Shown piece after piece: positions 1 through 8,622 of a stretch of DNA of 64,000 nucleotides. The position numbers and the translations under genes were made by a program. The notes under the pieces are model-generated. The model did no database searches, was not told the DNA's origin, and saw only the letters and a list, made by a program, of their open reading frames with translations. Origin of the DNA: Polyangiales bacterium (GTDB lineage: Bacteria; Myxococcota_A; Polyangia; Polyangiales; Polyangiaceae). The stretch spans positions 352,001 through 416,000 of the forward strand of contig JBBRLQ010000003.1 in NCBI GenBank assembly GCA_038231275.1. The letters run 5' to 3'. Position 1 is the first letter of the stretch. Every line of letters starts with the position of its first letter.

Positions 1-904
1 GCGCGCGATCCGCGCCTGGCAGCCGGAGCGCGGCGGGCGTCTCGATGTACGCCGCGATCCACTCCGCACGAAGCTCCGTCGCCATGCGCCGCGCCGCGCG
101 AGCGAGGCGAATCGAGGAGGGGCTCGGGCTCAGGCACACGAGCAGCCGCTCTGCGACCGGCCACGCGCGATCGATGCCGTGCGCGCGCTGGTATACGCGC
201 ATCTGCTCGTCGACGCGCGCCGCCGTACGACGCAAAGCCAGCTCGCGAAGCGCGATGAGGTTCCCCTTCTGGAAGAAGTGATCGATCGCGCGCCGCGCCT
301 GCTCGGGCAGATACACCTTGCCGTCCGCGAGGCGCTCGAGCAGCTCGTCCGGCGGCAGATCGATGATGCGCACGTCGTCGGCGGCCTCGAGCACCGAGTC
401 CGGCACCGTCTCCCGCACGACGACGCCGGTGATCTGCGCGACGACGTCGTTCAGGCTCTCGAGGTGCTGGACGTTGAGCGTCGTGTAGACGTCGATGCCG
501 GCGCCCAAGATCTCCTCGACGTCCTGCCATCGCTTGGGATGGCGCGAGCCCTCGACGTTGGCGTGCGCGAGCTCGTCGATCAGTACGATCCCCGGCTTTC
601 GCGCGAGTATGGCGTCGGTGTCGAGCTCCTCGAGCGGCACGCCCTTGTGGTCGATCTTCTTCTTCGGCAGCAGATCGAGGCCGATGCAGAGCGCGGCGGT
701 GTCGTAGCGGCCGTGCGTCTCCACGACGCCGATCACCACGTCGCGCTTCAAATCGCGCTCCGATCGCGCCGCCTCGAGCATCGCGTACGTCTTCCCGACG
801 CCCGGCGCGGCGCCGAAGAAGACGGTCAGCTTGCCGCGCTTGGCCCGCGACGCCTCGGCCTGCACACGGCGCAGGAGCTCGTCGGGATCCGGACGCGCGA
901 CCAT
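1..904 (-). CDS. kdpD: Sensor histidine kinase KdpD, N-terminal part (runs off the window's left edge)
   Basis: Not in the ORF track. Manual translation from ATG at 904: MVARPDPDELLRRV...GKLTVFFGAAPGVGKTYAML...DELAHAN..GSRHPKRWQDVEEIL..GIDVYTTLNVQHLESLND..VRETVPD, which are hallmark KdpD motifs. Confidence 0.95.
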   Translation of the reverse strand, partial: MVARPDPDELLRRVQAEASRAKRGKLTVFFGAAPGVGKTYAMLEAARSERDLKRDVVIGVVETHGRYDTAALCIGLDLLPKKKIDHKGVPLEELDTDAILARKPGIVLIDELAHANVEGSRHPKRWQDVEEILGAGIDVYTTLNVQHLESLNDVVAQITGVVVRETVPDSVLEAADDVRIIDLPPDELLERLADGKVYLPEQARRAIDHFFQKGNLIALRELALRRTAARVDEQMRVYQRAHGIDRAWPVAERLLVCLSPSPSSIRLARAARRMATELRAEWIAAYIETPAALRLPGADRA

Positions 905-951
905 CGACGGACTTATAGCAGGCCGACGATCGCGCCGCGCCGCGCGCTCCG

Positions 952-1404
952 TCAGCGGGAGGTTTGTGTCAAGGCGCGCGCGCGCCGCAACGCTTCACGC
1001 GCAGACTCGGGGCTGGCGGCGCGCACGTCGATCACGACAGTCGTGCCTGCGGTGCGCTCGTCCATCTGGAGGCGGCCGATCTCGGGTGGGCAGACCTCGC
1101 CGTCCGCGCACGGGACGCGGCGCGTGAGGTGGCACTCGAGGACATGCCAGATCGACGCCGGCGACACGCCGTCGATCTGGCGCACGTACACGGTCGCCCC
1201 TTCCAGCCTCGGCGGCTCCTTCTGCGAGACCTCGATCTTGAGCGGCTCTACGCGAACAATCGCGTCCTTGAAGCCGAGCGGTCCCCCGGCGCTTGCGTCC
1301 TCCCAGACGTCGGCGCACGCGGTCACATCGGCGCGGCCCGGGGTCGTCGCCGGCCGATCGCACGCGGCGATCGCGCACCACGCGATGGACGAGGCGACGG
1401 CCAC
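952..1404 (-). CDS. Hypothetical lipoprotein (paralog of 1429-1959)
   Basis: C-terminal part of ORF 952..1944; lipobox-like IAAC; GTG start at 1404 inferred; shares LxGAxxxV...LxCH...ARxxLxRAR with the neighbouring gene. Confidence 0.55.
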   Translation of the reverse strand: MAVASSIAWCAIAACDRPATTPGRADVTACADVWEDASAGGPLGFKDAIVRVEPLKIEVSQKEPPRLEGATVYVRQIDGVSPASIWHVLECHLTRRVPCADGEVCPPEIGRLQMDERTAGTTVVIDVRAASPESAREALRRARALTQTSR

Positions 1405-1428
1405 GACGCGGCTTGCTAGGGTGATTGC

Positions 1429-1959
1429 ATGGATCGCGGACGTCGAGCCCACGGCCTTCCGTCGATCGCGCGCGTCGCCCCTTGCGCGATTCTCGCCGCG
1501 TGCGCCGCGTGCGCCGCCTTCGTCCCCGACAGTCGAACACCGACCGATCGCGCGCGCGAGCTGGACGCGAAGTGCGTCGGCGCCAGCGAGGCCGACGTCG
1601 CGCCGCTCCTCTCCGCCGCCAACGTCGACTCCGTCGAGCCCGCGTACTCCTACGTGAGCGGCGGTCCCAACGGCCGCGACGCGCACCTCCGCGGCGCGCG
1701 CATCCGCGTGAAGCCCCTCCCCGGCGCCACCCGCGAGTCGATCTCGCGGAGCCTCCAGTGCCACCAAGCGCGGGTCGTCACCGGCGCCGTCACCGCGGCC
1801 GCCGCCGATCCCTACACGCTCCCCGCCCGCTGGCTCACGATCGAGGTCGAGTCCGAGTCCGACGCGTTCGCGGTCCTCGCCCTTACCGACGATCTCGCCG
1901 ATGCGCGTCGCGTCCTCGAGCGTGCGCGGTTCTTCGCGGGGCATCGCCGGTCACCCTGA
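1429..1959 (+). CDS. Hypothetical lipoprotein
   Basis: Signal-like ILAACAAC; LRGARIRVKPLPGATRESISRSLQCH motif; start position uncertain. Confidence 0.65.
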   Translation: MDRGRRAHGLPSIARVAPCAILAACAACAAFVPDSRTPTDRARELDAKCVGASEADVAPLLSAANVDSVEPAYSYVSGGPNGRDAHLRGARIRVKPLPGATRESISRSLQCHQARVVTGAVTAAAADPYTLPARWLTIEVESESDAFAVLALTDDLADARRVLERARFFAGHRRSP

Positions 1960-2238
1960 GCCGCCGGCGTCGGCCGGGCCGTCGGGCAGCCCTGCATCGA
2001 CCGCGGGGCATCCGGCGCCGTTGCAATAGGGGTTGCCGCTCTTCGTCGGATCGGAGGGGCAGCAGTAATTCTCGGCGCACGTCGAGGGCTGCTGGCAAGT
2101 GAGCCCCTCGTCGCAGTCGTTGTGGCTGAGCGCGGGATTGCACCGCTCTCCTTCGCGACCTCCATCGCACCCGCTCTCGGCGAGAACGAGCGCGAGCGCG
2201 ACGGAGACCAGCGATACGGCGATGTTCGTTCGGTTCAT
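1951..2238 (-). CDS. Small Cys-rich lipoprotein
   Basis: MNRTNIAVSLVSVALALVLAESGC signal/lipobox followed by a Cys-rich domain; starts 8 nt after the porin stop. Confidence 0.75.
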   Translation of the reverse strand: MNRTNIAVSLVSVALALVLAESGCDGGREGERCNPALSHNDCDEGLTCQQPSTCAENYCCPSDPTKSGNPYCNGAGCPAVDAGLPDGPADAGGSG

Positions 2239-2246
2239 GGGGGGCC

Positions 2247-3707
2247 TCAAAACCGCACCAAAAGGGACGCGATCATGCGCGTGTCGGACTTCACGAGGTC
2301 CGGGCGCCAGCCTGTCGGCGACGTCGTCGTCGTGTACCCGTCGGGCGACGTGACGCCGCCGTGGCCCGCAAAATACGGATCGGCCGATTGCCGGCGGTTG
2401 AATTCCAGGCCGTAGGTGACCTGCTCGCTCGGCATGTATTGAAACCCCGTCGAGTAGTCGAACGCGTCGAACGTGGTGCCCTGGTTGAGCGGGAACGGCG
2501 ACGTCGCCGCCGGGACGTTGACCGGTTGCCCGATGCCCGACGGCGTGGCGTTGCCGGTCGGCCCGAGCACGAGATAGCGCCCGGGGTTGTGCATCACCCC
2601 GCCGCCCATCGTCCACGCGAAGTGCCCCTCGAAGAACGAGAGGCGGTTATAGAGCATCGCGCTCAAGAACTGCTGCTGGCACGGATCGGCCGTCGTGCAC
2701 GTCGTCGGATCGGACGAATGCTTGCCGCCGAAGGGCGTTACGCCGTCCCCGTTTTCACCGCCGATGTCCGCCGTGAGCGAGAACGCGGCGCGATGCAAGA
2801 GCTTGTTGTCGGGCGCGCTGAAGTACCGAATCTGCAGACTGTTGTCGCTGTGGAAGCGCATGCGACCGGGGGTGTCCTGCGTGTCCCACCCGACGTAGTC
2901 GTTCGACAGGAACGAGAGCCACTCCACGGGCCGATAGAGGATCTGCGCGCCGAAGCCCGGCATCTCGTTGAACCTGCCGTACGTCTGCCATCCGTTGATG
3001 AGCCACGGCTCGATCTTGAGCTTGTCGCTCGTGAAGACCTGCATGCGGATGCCGTTGAAGAACCACGGCGTGTTGTCCGAGGTGAACGACGGCAGGTACA
3101 TCCAGTTCTCGAAGTTGTCGTACGAAAAGAGGCCGACGTACGACATGAAGATGCCGGCATCGAGGTTGATGCCGTTCAGCGCGTCGAAGTGGTAGCCGCC
3201 GTAGGCCTCGCTGATGTAGCGGAGCGCCGTCTGCAAATCGAACTGGCCACGGTTGGTGCTGAAGTCGTTGCGCGGGACGAGCGTGGAGCGGACGCCGAAC
3301 TGCGTCATGAGGCGCGCGCGCGCGTGCTCGTAGTGGAAGTCGCCGCCGAAGCCGACGAAGGCGAGCGTGATCTCGTTGTTGCGCGAGAGCGCGGTCGAGC
3401 CGACGACGGTGTTGTCGATGGGGCGATTCGTCGACGCCGTGTAGTTTACGTCCAGGAGGAAATCGGCCGTAAAATACGGCGTGTCGAGCACTTTCTTGTG
3501 CTGCCGACTGCTCCCGTTCAGCCAGGTGAAGTCGCCGAACGCGAACGGCTCGGCGGGCTTCTCCTCTGTCGGCGCCGGAGTCGGAGTCGGAGTCGGAGTC
3601 GGCGTCGGATCCTCGGCGGGCTCCTGCGCGTGTGCGGGATGGACGGTGGTGAGGGCGCACGCAAGGGCGGCCGAGCGGAGGCGCCGGCCGCGAAGGCGAA
3701 CGGGCAT
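2247..3707 (-). CDS. Outer-membrane beta-barrel porin (OmpL/BBP2-like, kdp-associated type)
   Basis: Signal peptide (AHA-Q), PT linker, aromatic-rich beta strands, GIFMSYVGLFSY and SDNTPWFFNG motifs, C-terminal Phe (LLVRF). Confidence 0.8.
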   Translation of the reverse strand: MPVRLRGRRLRSAALACALTTVHPAHAQEPAEDPTPTPTPTPTPAPTEEKPAEPFAFGDFTWLNGSSRQHKKVLDTPYFTADFLLDVNYTASTNRPIDNTVVGSTALSRNNEITLAFVGFGGDFHYEHARARLMTQFGVRSTLVPRNDFSTNRGQFDLQTALRYISEAYGGYHFDALNGINLDAGIFMSYVGLFSYDNFENWMYLPSFTSDNTPWFFNGIRMQVFTSDKLKIEPWLINGWQTYGRFNEMPGFGAQILYRPVEWLSFLSNDYVGWDTQDTPGRMRFHSDNSLQIRYFSAPDNKLLHRAAFSLTADIGGENGDGVTPFGGKHSSDPTTCTTADPCQQQFLSAMLYNRLSFFEGHFAWTMGGGVMHNPGRYLVLGPTGNATPSGIGQPVNVPAATSPFPLNQGTTFDAFDYSTGFQYMPSEQVTYGLEFNRRQSADPYFAGHGGVTSPDGYTTTTSPTGWRPDLVKSDTRMIASLLVRF

Positions 3708-3729
3708 CCTCGAAGGCTACGGACGGGCG

Positions 3730-3746
3730 CGTAAAGACAGCGTCAA
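3730..3746 (-). promoter_or_regulatory. KdpE-like direct-repeat box upstream of the porin
   Basis: Minus strand reads TTGACG-CTGTC-TTTACG; TAGCCT -10 lies 10 nt downstream (3714-3719). Confidence 0.6.
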
Positions 3747-3813
3747 GACGGGCCGCGTAACCGCTAAGAAAGAGTTAATGCCGCAGGCCGGACGCACTAT
3801 GCTCGGCACCATC

Positions 3814-4191
3814 ATGAGGGGAAACACAAACGCCGATCTCATGGGCTTGTCGCTGGAGGAGCTCGTCTCGGAGCTCGAAGCGTTCTACGAGCTCTCCACC
3901 GACATGGTGTCCGTCTCCTCCGCCGACGGCCGCTTCCGCCGCGTCAACCGCGCATGGGAAAAGGCCATCGGCCACCCCGCCGGCGAGATCGCCGGCAAGC
4001 GCTGGCTCGACTTCGTGCACCCCGACGACGTGCAGAAGACGATCGACGCGGCGCGCAGCTTGTCGGCGTCGGATCTGGCGGAGTTCCAGAACCGCTACAA
4101 GCACCAGGACGGCCACTGGGTCACGCTCTCGTGGCGGTCGACGGCGTGGTCGGGCGGGCTCACCTACGCGATCACCCGTGTCGTCGGCTGA
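3814..4191 (+). CDS. Stand-alone PAS domain protein
   Basis: DMVSVSSADGRFRRVNRAWEKAIG...WLDFVHPDD...FQNRYKHQDGHWVTLSW PAS/PAC signature; start could be 3778, 3799, 3814 or 3841. Confidence 0.85.
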   Translation: MRGNTNADLMGLSLEELVSELEAFYELSTDMVSVSSADGRFRRVNRAWEKAIGHPAGEIAGKRWLDFVHPDDVQKTIDAARSLSASDLAEFQNRYKHQDGHWVTLSWRSTAWSGGLTYAITRVVG

Positions 4192-4236
4192 TCCAATTTC
4201 CCGGTAGTCGCAACCATTCCGCGTCATCATGACGCG

Positions 4237-5493
4237 ATGGACGCCGTCGGCACAGATCCGATCGCAGGGCTTGCGCTCGGGCTGACGGTCATCCTGGTCG
4301 CCGCCAAGACGGCGGGGCACGTCGCGATTCGCGTCGGCGCGCCGGCGGTGCTCGGAGAGCTCCTCGTCGGGATCGCGCTCGCCGCAGTTCCGGGCGTCCC
4401 GTTCCTGCACGCGATCGGACAGAGCCCCGAGATCGACACGCTCTCGCGCCTCGGCGCGCTGCTGCTGGTCTTCGAGGTGGGCCTCGTGCTCACGGTGCGT
4501 GAAATTCTGGACGTCGGCGTGTCGTCGATCCTCGTCGCGGTAGTGGGCACGGCCGCTACGTTCGTCCTCGGATGGTCTTTGAGCGCGTGGCTCTTGAGCG
4601 GCCAGCCAAGCCACGTGCCCGTCTTCGTCGGCGCGGCGGTCACCGCCACGAGCATCGGCATCACGGCGCGCGTGCTCAAGGATCTGGGGCAGGCGCCAAC
4701 GCGTGAGGCGCGGATCGTCCTCGGCGCCGCGGTGCTCGACGACATCATCGGGCTTGTCGTGCTCACCGTCGTCAGTGGCTGGATCGCGAGCAAGACCGTC
4801 GGCGCGGCGGCGAGCGCGCCCTCGGTGGCCGTCGTCGTCGGCAAGAGCGTGGCGTTTCTTGGCCTGTCGATCGTGCTTGGAATGCGCCTCGCGCCGCGTC
4901 TCTTCGAGTGGGCCGCGCGTCTGCGGAGCGACGGCGCGCTCGTCGCGGTGGGCCTGGCGTTCTGCTTCGGCCTCTCGTGGGCGGCGAGCGTGATGGGCCT
5001 CGCCGCGATCATCGGCGCGTTCGCCGCGGGGCTGATCGTCGAGGAGTCGCACTCGCAGCGCTTCGTCGCGCGCGGCGAGCGCACGCTGGCGGTGCTCATC
5101 GAGCCGATCGCGTCGTTCCTCGTGCCGGTCTTCTTCGTCGTGATGGGGATGCGCACGCGCCTCGAGGTCTTTCGACAGCCCGCGGTGCTCGTCTTCGCGC
5201 TCGGGCTCACGCTCGCCGCCATCCTCGGAAAGCTCGGCGCCGGCCTGTCGGTGGGCAAGCGCGCGGACGGCCTCTCCATCGGCATCGGGATGATCCCGCG
5301 CGGCGAGGTGAGCCTCGTCTTCGCGAGCCTGGGGCTTTCGCTCGGCGCGATCGACTCCAGCATCTACTCGTCGCTCGTCGTCGTCGTGATCCTGACCACG
5401 CTCGTGACGCCCGCCATGCTCAAGTGGAGCCTCCGGCGCCGCCGCGACGCCGAGCTCTCCCGCGCGCCTACCTCACCGGGAAACGCAGCGTGA
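4237..5493 (+). CDS. Cation:proton antiporter (CPA2 family)
   Basis: About 12 TM helices; PAVLGELLVG, ATSIGITARVLKDLG, GAAVLDD, MIPRGEV motifs. Confidence 0.92.
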   Translation: MDAVGTDPIAGLALGLTVILVAAKTAGHVAIRVGAPAVLGELLVGIALAAVPGVPFLHAIGQSPEIDTLSRLGALLLVFEVGLVLTVREILDVGVSSILVAVVGTAATFVLGWSLSAWLLSGQPSHVPVFVGAAVTATSIGITARVLKDLGQAPTREARIVLGAAVLDDIIGLVVLTVVSGWIASKTVGAAASAPSVAVVVGKSVAFLGLSIVLGMRLAPRLFEWAARLRSDGALVAVGLAFCFGLSWAASVMGLAAIIGAFAAGLIVEESHSQRFVARGERTLAVLIEPIASFLVPVFFVVMGMRTRLEVFRQPAVLVFALGLTLAAILGKLGAGLSVGKRADGLSIGIGMIPRGEVSLVFASLGLSLGAIDSSIYSSLVVVVILTTLVTPAMLKWSLRRRRDAELSRAPTSPGNAA

Positions 5494-5514
5494 CGGTGGT
5501 CGCGTGCTTCCCCT

Positions 5515-5742
5515 TTAGCGCATCCGAACGCGCCCTCGTGCGAGCGCACACGGCAAGAATACCAGCGCCATCGTCGCCAGCGTGTCGATCGCGCCGAAAG
5601 TCTGCCCACCGGACAGCGCCGTGAGGAGGTGAATGAAGCTCACGACCCACAAGACCGTGAACGGCATCACGAGATCGCGCATCCCGCCGCCGGAGCGTCG
5701 TCCGGAAGATTCAGGGGGGCTGGCGCTTCGACAATGTCCCAC
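5515..5742 (-). CDS. Small membrane protein (2 TM); alternative start at 5682
   Basis: MRDLVMPFTVLWVVSFIHLLTALSGGQTFGAIDTLATMALVFLPCALARGR; upstream KdpE-like box plus TACGCT -10. Confidence 0.55.
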   Translation of the reverse strand: MGHCRSASPPESSGRRSGGGMRDLVMPFTVLWVVSFIHLLTALSGGQTFGAIDTLATMALVFLPCALARGRVRMR

Positions 5743-5765
5743 GCGTTGAAGCGTAGGAGCGGCCG

Positions 5766-5782
5766 CATCAAGAAGACGTAAA
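5766..5782 (-). promoter_or_regulatory. KdpE-like direct-repeat box
   Basis: Minus strand reads TTTACG-TCTTC-TTGATG; TACGCT -10 lies 10 nt downstream (5750-5755). Confidence 0.6.
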
Positions 5783-5787
5783 GGTGC

Positions 5788-6498
5788 TCACGCCTCGGTC
5801 TTGAACCGGTAGCCGACGCCCGGCTCGGTCGCGAGGTACTTCGGACGCGCTGCGTCGTGCTCCAGCTTGTGGCGCAGCTGGGTCATGTAAACCCTTAGGT
5901 ACTGCGTCTGCGTCGCGTACGACGGTCCCCACACTTCCTTCAAGAGCTGGCGGTGCGTGAGCACGCGCCCGGCGTTCTTCATGAGGTACGTCACGAGCTT
6001 GTACTCGATCGGTGTGAGGTGCACCTCCACCTCGGCGAGATGAACCGACCGCTTGTCGAGGTCGAGCCTAATGTCGCCGACGACGATGACGGGCTCGGTC
6101 GTCGCCACGCCCGCACGCGCGGCGTGACGCAGCGCCACGCGAATGCGCGCCATCAGCTCGCCGGTTCCGAAGGGCTTCGTGAGGTAGTCGTCCGCGCCTT
6201 CGTCGAGCGCGCGCACTTTGTCCTCCTCCTGCCCACGCGCCGACACGACGATGATCGGCGCCTTCATCCACTCCCGCAGCTTGCGCGCGACCTCGAGCCC
6301 GTCCATGTCCGGCAGGCCGAGATCGAGCAGCACGAGCTCGGGGTTGTGTCCCTTGGCGAGCGTCAGCGCCTCCTCGCCCGACACGGCCTCGACGACGCGA
6401 TACCCGTGGGTCGTGAGCGATGTCCGAAGAAACCTGCGCATTTGCGCCTCGTCTTCGACCACCAAGAGGACTTGTTCGAGATCAGCCACGTCGTCCAC
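5788..6498 (-). CDS. kdpE: OmpR-family response regulator KdpE
   Basis: Receiver domain (VVEDE, LLDLGLPD, DYLTKPF) plus winged helix with VLTHRQLLKEVWG...QYLRVYMTQLRHKLE, typical of KdpE; kdpD nearby. Confidence 0.92.
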   Translation of the reverse strand: MDDVADLEQVLLVVEDEAQMRRFLRTSLTTHGYRVVEAVSGEEALTLAKGHNPELVLLDLGLPDMDGLEVARKLREWMKAPIIVVSARGQEEDKVRALDEGADDYLTKPFGTGELMARIRVALRHAARAGVATTEPVIVVGDIRLDLDKRSVHLAEVEVHLTPIEYKLVTYLMKNAGRVLTHRQLLKEVWGPSYATQTQYLRVYMTQLRHKLEHDAARPKYLATEPGVGYRFKTEA

Positions 6499-6517
6499 TA
6501 CCCGTGATCATCGTTCG

Positions 6518-6534
6518 CATAAAGAAAGCATAAA
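6518..6534 (-). promoter_or_regulatory. KdpE-like direct-repeat box between kdpE and kup
   Basis: Minus strand reads TTTATG-CTTTC-TTTATG (perfect repeat), close to the E. coli KdpE site TTTATA-N5-TTTACA. Confidence 0.65.
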
Positions 6535-6595
6535 ATTGCACCGACCTCGGCAAGATCGCCGAGCACGCTTCGCCGCGGTGGCAACGTTCCTTTCG

Positions 6596-8566
6596 ATGTC
6601 CACCGCGGCCCGAGCCTCGTCTCCAAGTATCGATGCAGCACCTCACCCCGTCTCCGCCATGCGCGTGCTGGTGTGGGGCGCGCTTGGCGTCGTCTTCGGC
6701 GACATCGGCACGTCGCCGCTCTACGCGATGTCGGAGACCGTCTCGTCGCACCTGATGGCCATGCACGGCCTGAAGGAGAAGGTGACGATGAGCTTTGGCC
6801 AATACTATGGCCGTGACGAGGTGCTCGGCTGGACGTCGCTCTTCATCTGGGCGATCGCGCTCGTCGTCACCCTCAAGTACGTCGTGCTCATTATGCGCGC
6901 CGACAACGAGGGCGAAGGCGGCATGTTCTCCATCCTCGCCCTCCTCAAGTCGAAGGCGGCGAAGCTCTTCACGATGAAGGGGATGTCGGTCATCGTCGCG
7001 ATGGCGGTGCTCGGCTCGGGGATGGTCCTCGGCGACGGAGTCATCACGCCGTCCTTGTCGATCATGTCGGCGTGGGAGGGGCTCGAGGTCGTGACCCACA
7101 GGTGGTCGCCGTACATTCCGTGGCTGTCGGTCGTGACGCTGATCGCGCTGTTCGGCATCCAGCGCTTTGGGACGCATCGTGTCGGCGCCGTCTTCGCGCC
7201 GGCGATGGGGATGTGGTTTTTGACCCTCGCCGTGATGGGCGCGTACTCCTTCTCGAAGCACCCGGAGATCATCGCGGCCATCAACCCGATGCACGCCGCC
7301 GCGTACATCGTGAAGTTCCCGAAGGCGACGCTCTACGTCATCGGCTCGGTCGACCTCTGCATCACCGGCTGCGAGGCGCTCTTCGCGGACATGGGCCACT
7401 TCAGCCGGCCCGCCGTGCGCCGCGCCTGGTATTGGGTCGTCTGGCCCGCGCTCATCTTGAACTACCTCGGCCAGGGCTCGCGCATGCTCGACCCCACGCC
7501 GATCGTCGACGGCAACGTGTTCTACGCGCTCGTCCCGTCGTCGCCGGGGTTCGTGTACCCGCTCGTCATCATCAGCTGGCTCGCCACCGTCATCGCCAGC
7601 CAGGCCCTCATCTCCGGCGCCTTCTCGCTCGTGAACCAGGCGATGCAGCTCGGCCTGTGCCCGCGCGTCAGCGTCGTGCACACGAACAAGGAGATGGAGG
7701 GGCAGATTTACATCCCCGAGGTGAACTGGATTTACCTCGCGCTCTGCATCGGGCTGGTGCTGCTCTTCAAGAGCTCGCACGCGCTCGCGCCGGCGTACGG
7801 TCTCGCGGTCACCGGCACGATGGCCTTCACGACGATCCTCTTTTACATGGTGGCCACGCGCGTCTGGAAGTGGAACCCCATCGCCATCGGCGCGGCGTGC
7901 ACGGGCCTCATCCTCGTCGACATCGCGTTCTTCCTCAGCAACGCGACGCAGTTTTTCGCGGGCGGCTACATCACGATCCTGATCGCGATCGCGACCGCCT
8001 TCATCTTTCTCACGTGGCGCAAGGGGCGCGCCGCGCTCGCCGAGGTGCTGCAAAACGCGGCGCTCCCGATGGATCTCTTTCTCTCGAGCATCCACGAAGA
8101 GAAACCCCATCGCGTGAAAGGCACCGCGGTCTTCATGACGAGCAACGTCGGAGTCCCGCACTCGCTCGTTCACTATTTCAAGCACTCAAAGACGCTGCAC
8201 GAGAACATCCTCTTCCTCACCGTGCAGACCAAGCACGTCCCCGAGGTGAAGGAGTCCGAGCGCATCGACGAGGTGATCGACTACGGCGACGGTCTGCACG
8301 GCGCGAAGGTCGTCTACGGCTTCATGGAGACGCCGGACATCCCAAAAATCCTCGGCGCGATGAACGCGCACGGCGTGAAGGTGGACGCGCGCGACGTTTC
8401 GTATTTCCTCGGGCGCGAGTCGCTGGTCTTCACCGGCAAATCCAAGATGAGCCTCCCCCGCAAGGTGTTCTTCAAGATGCTTAGCCAGAACGCCGTCGCG
8501 GCATCGGCCTTCTTCAAGCTGCCCCCGGGGCGCGTCGTCGAGCTTGGCATCCAAGTCGAGATCTGA
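6596..8566 (+). CDS. kup: KUP/HAK/KT potassium transporter
   Basis: LGVVFGDIGTSPLYA, RADNEGEGG, EALFADMGHF, GQIYIPEVNW, YGFMETP, VVELGIQVEI. Confidence 0.96.
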   Translation: MSTAARASSPSIDAAPHPVSAMRVLVWGALGVVFGDIGTSPLYAMSETVSSHLMAMHGLKEKVTMSFGQYYGRDEVLGWTSLFIWAIALVVTLKYVVLIMRADNEGEGGMFSILALLKSKAAKLFTMKGMSVIVAMAVLGSGMVLGDGVITPSLSIMSAWEGLEVVTHRWSPYIPWLSVVTLIALFGIQRFGTHRVGAVFAPAMGMWFLTLAVMGAYSFSKHPEIIAAINPMHAAAYIVKFPKATLYVIGSVDLCITGCEALFADMGHFSRPAVRRAWYWVVWPALILNYLGQGSRMLDPTPIVDGNVFYALVPSSPGFVYPLVIISWLATVIASQALISGAFSLVNQAMQLGLCPRVSVVHTNKEMEGQIYIPEVNWIYLALCIGLVLLFKSSHALAPAYGLAVTGTMAFTTILFYMVATRVWKWNPIAIGAACTGLILVDIAFFLSNATQFFAGGYITILIAIATAFIFLTWRKGRAALAEVLQNAALPMDLFLSSIHEEKPHRVKGTAVFMTSNVGVPHSLVHYFKHSKTLHENILFLTVQTKHVPEVKESERIDEVIDYGDGLHGAKVVYGFMETPDIPKILGAMNAHGVKVDARDVSYFLGRESLVFTGKSKMSLPRKVFFKMLSQNAVAASAFFKLPPGRVVELGIQVEI

Positions 8567-8622
8567 CCGAGAAATCTGGGCTGTGCGTCGCCGGGCGGTG
8601 TTTGCCGTATACTTCGGCCGAC

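Noticed and set aside
967-972. TTGACA upstream of kdpD as a fourth KdpE box or -35
   Set aside because: No second half-site at 11-bp spacing, and too far from the candidate -10
179-1657. 492-aa plus-strand ORF
   Set aside because: Antisense shadow of kdpD and the adjacent lipoprotein gene
3576-3606. (GGAGTC)n tandem repeat; similar short repeats near 23575 and 28450
   Set aside because: In-frame low-complexity linkers (PT, NA, SGT); not CRISPR and not frameshifting tracts
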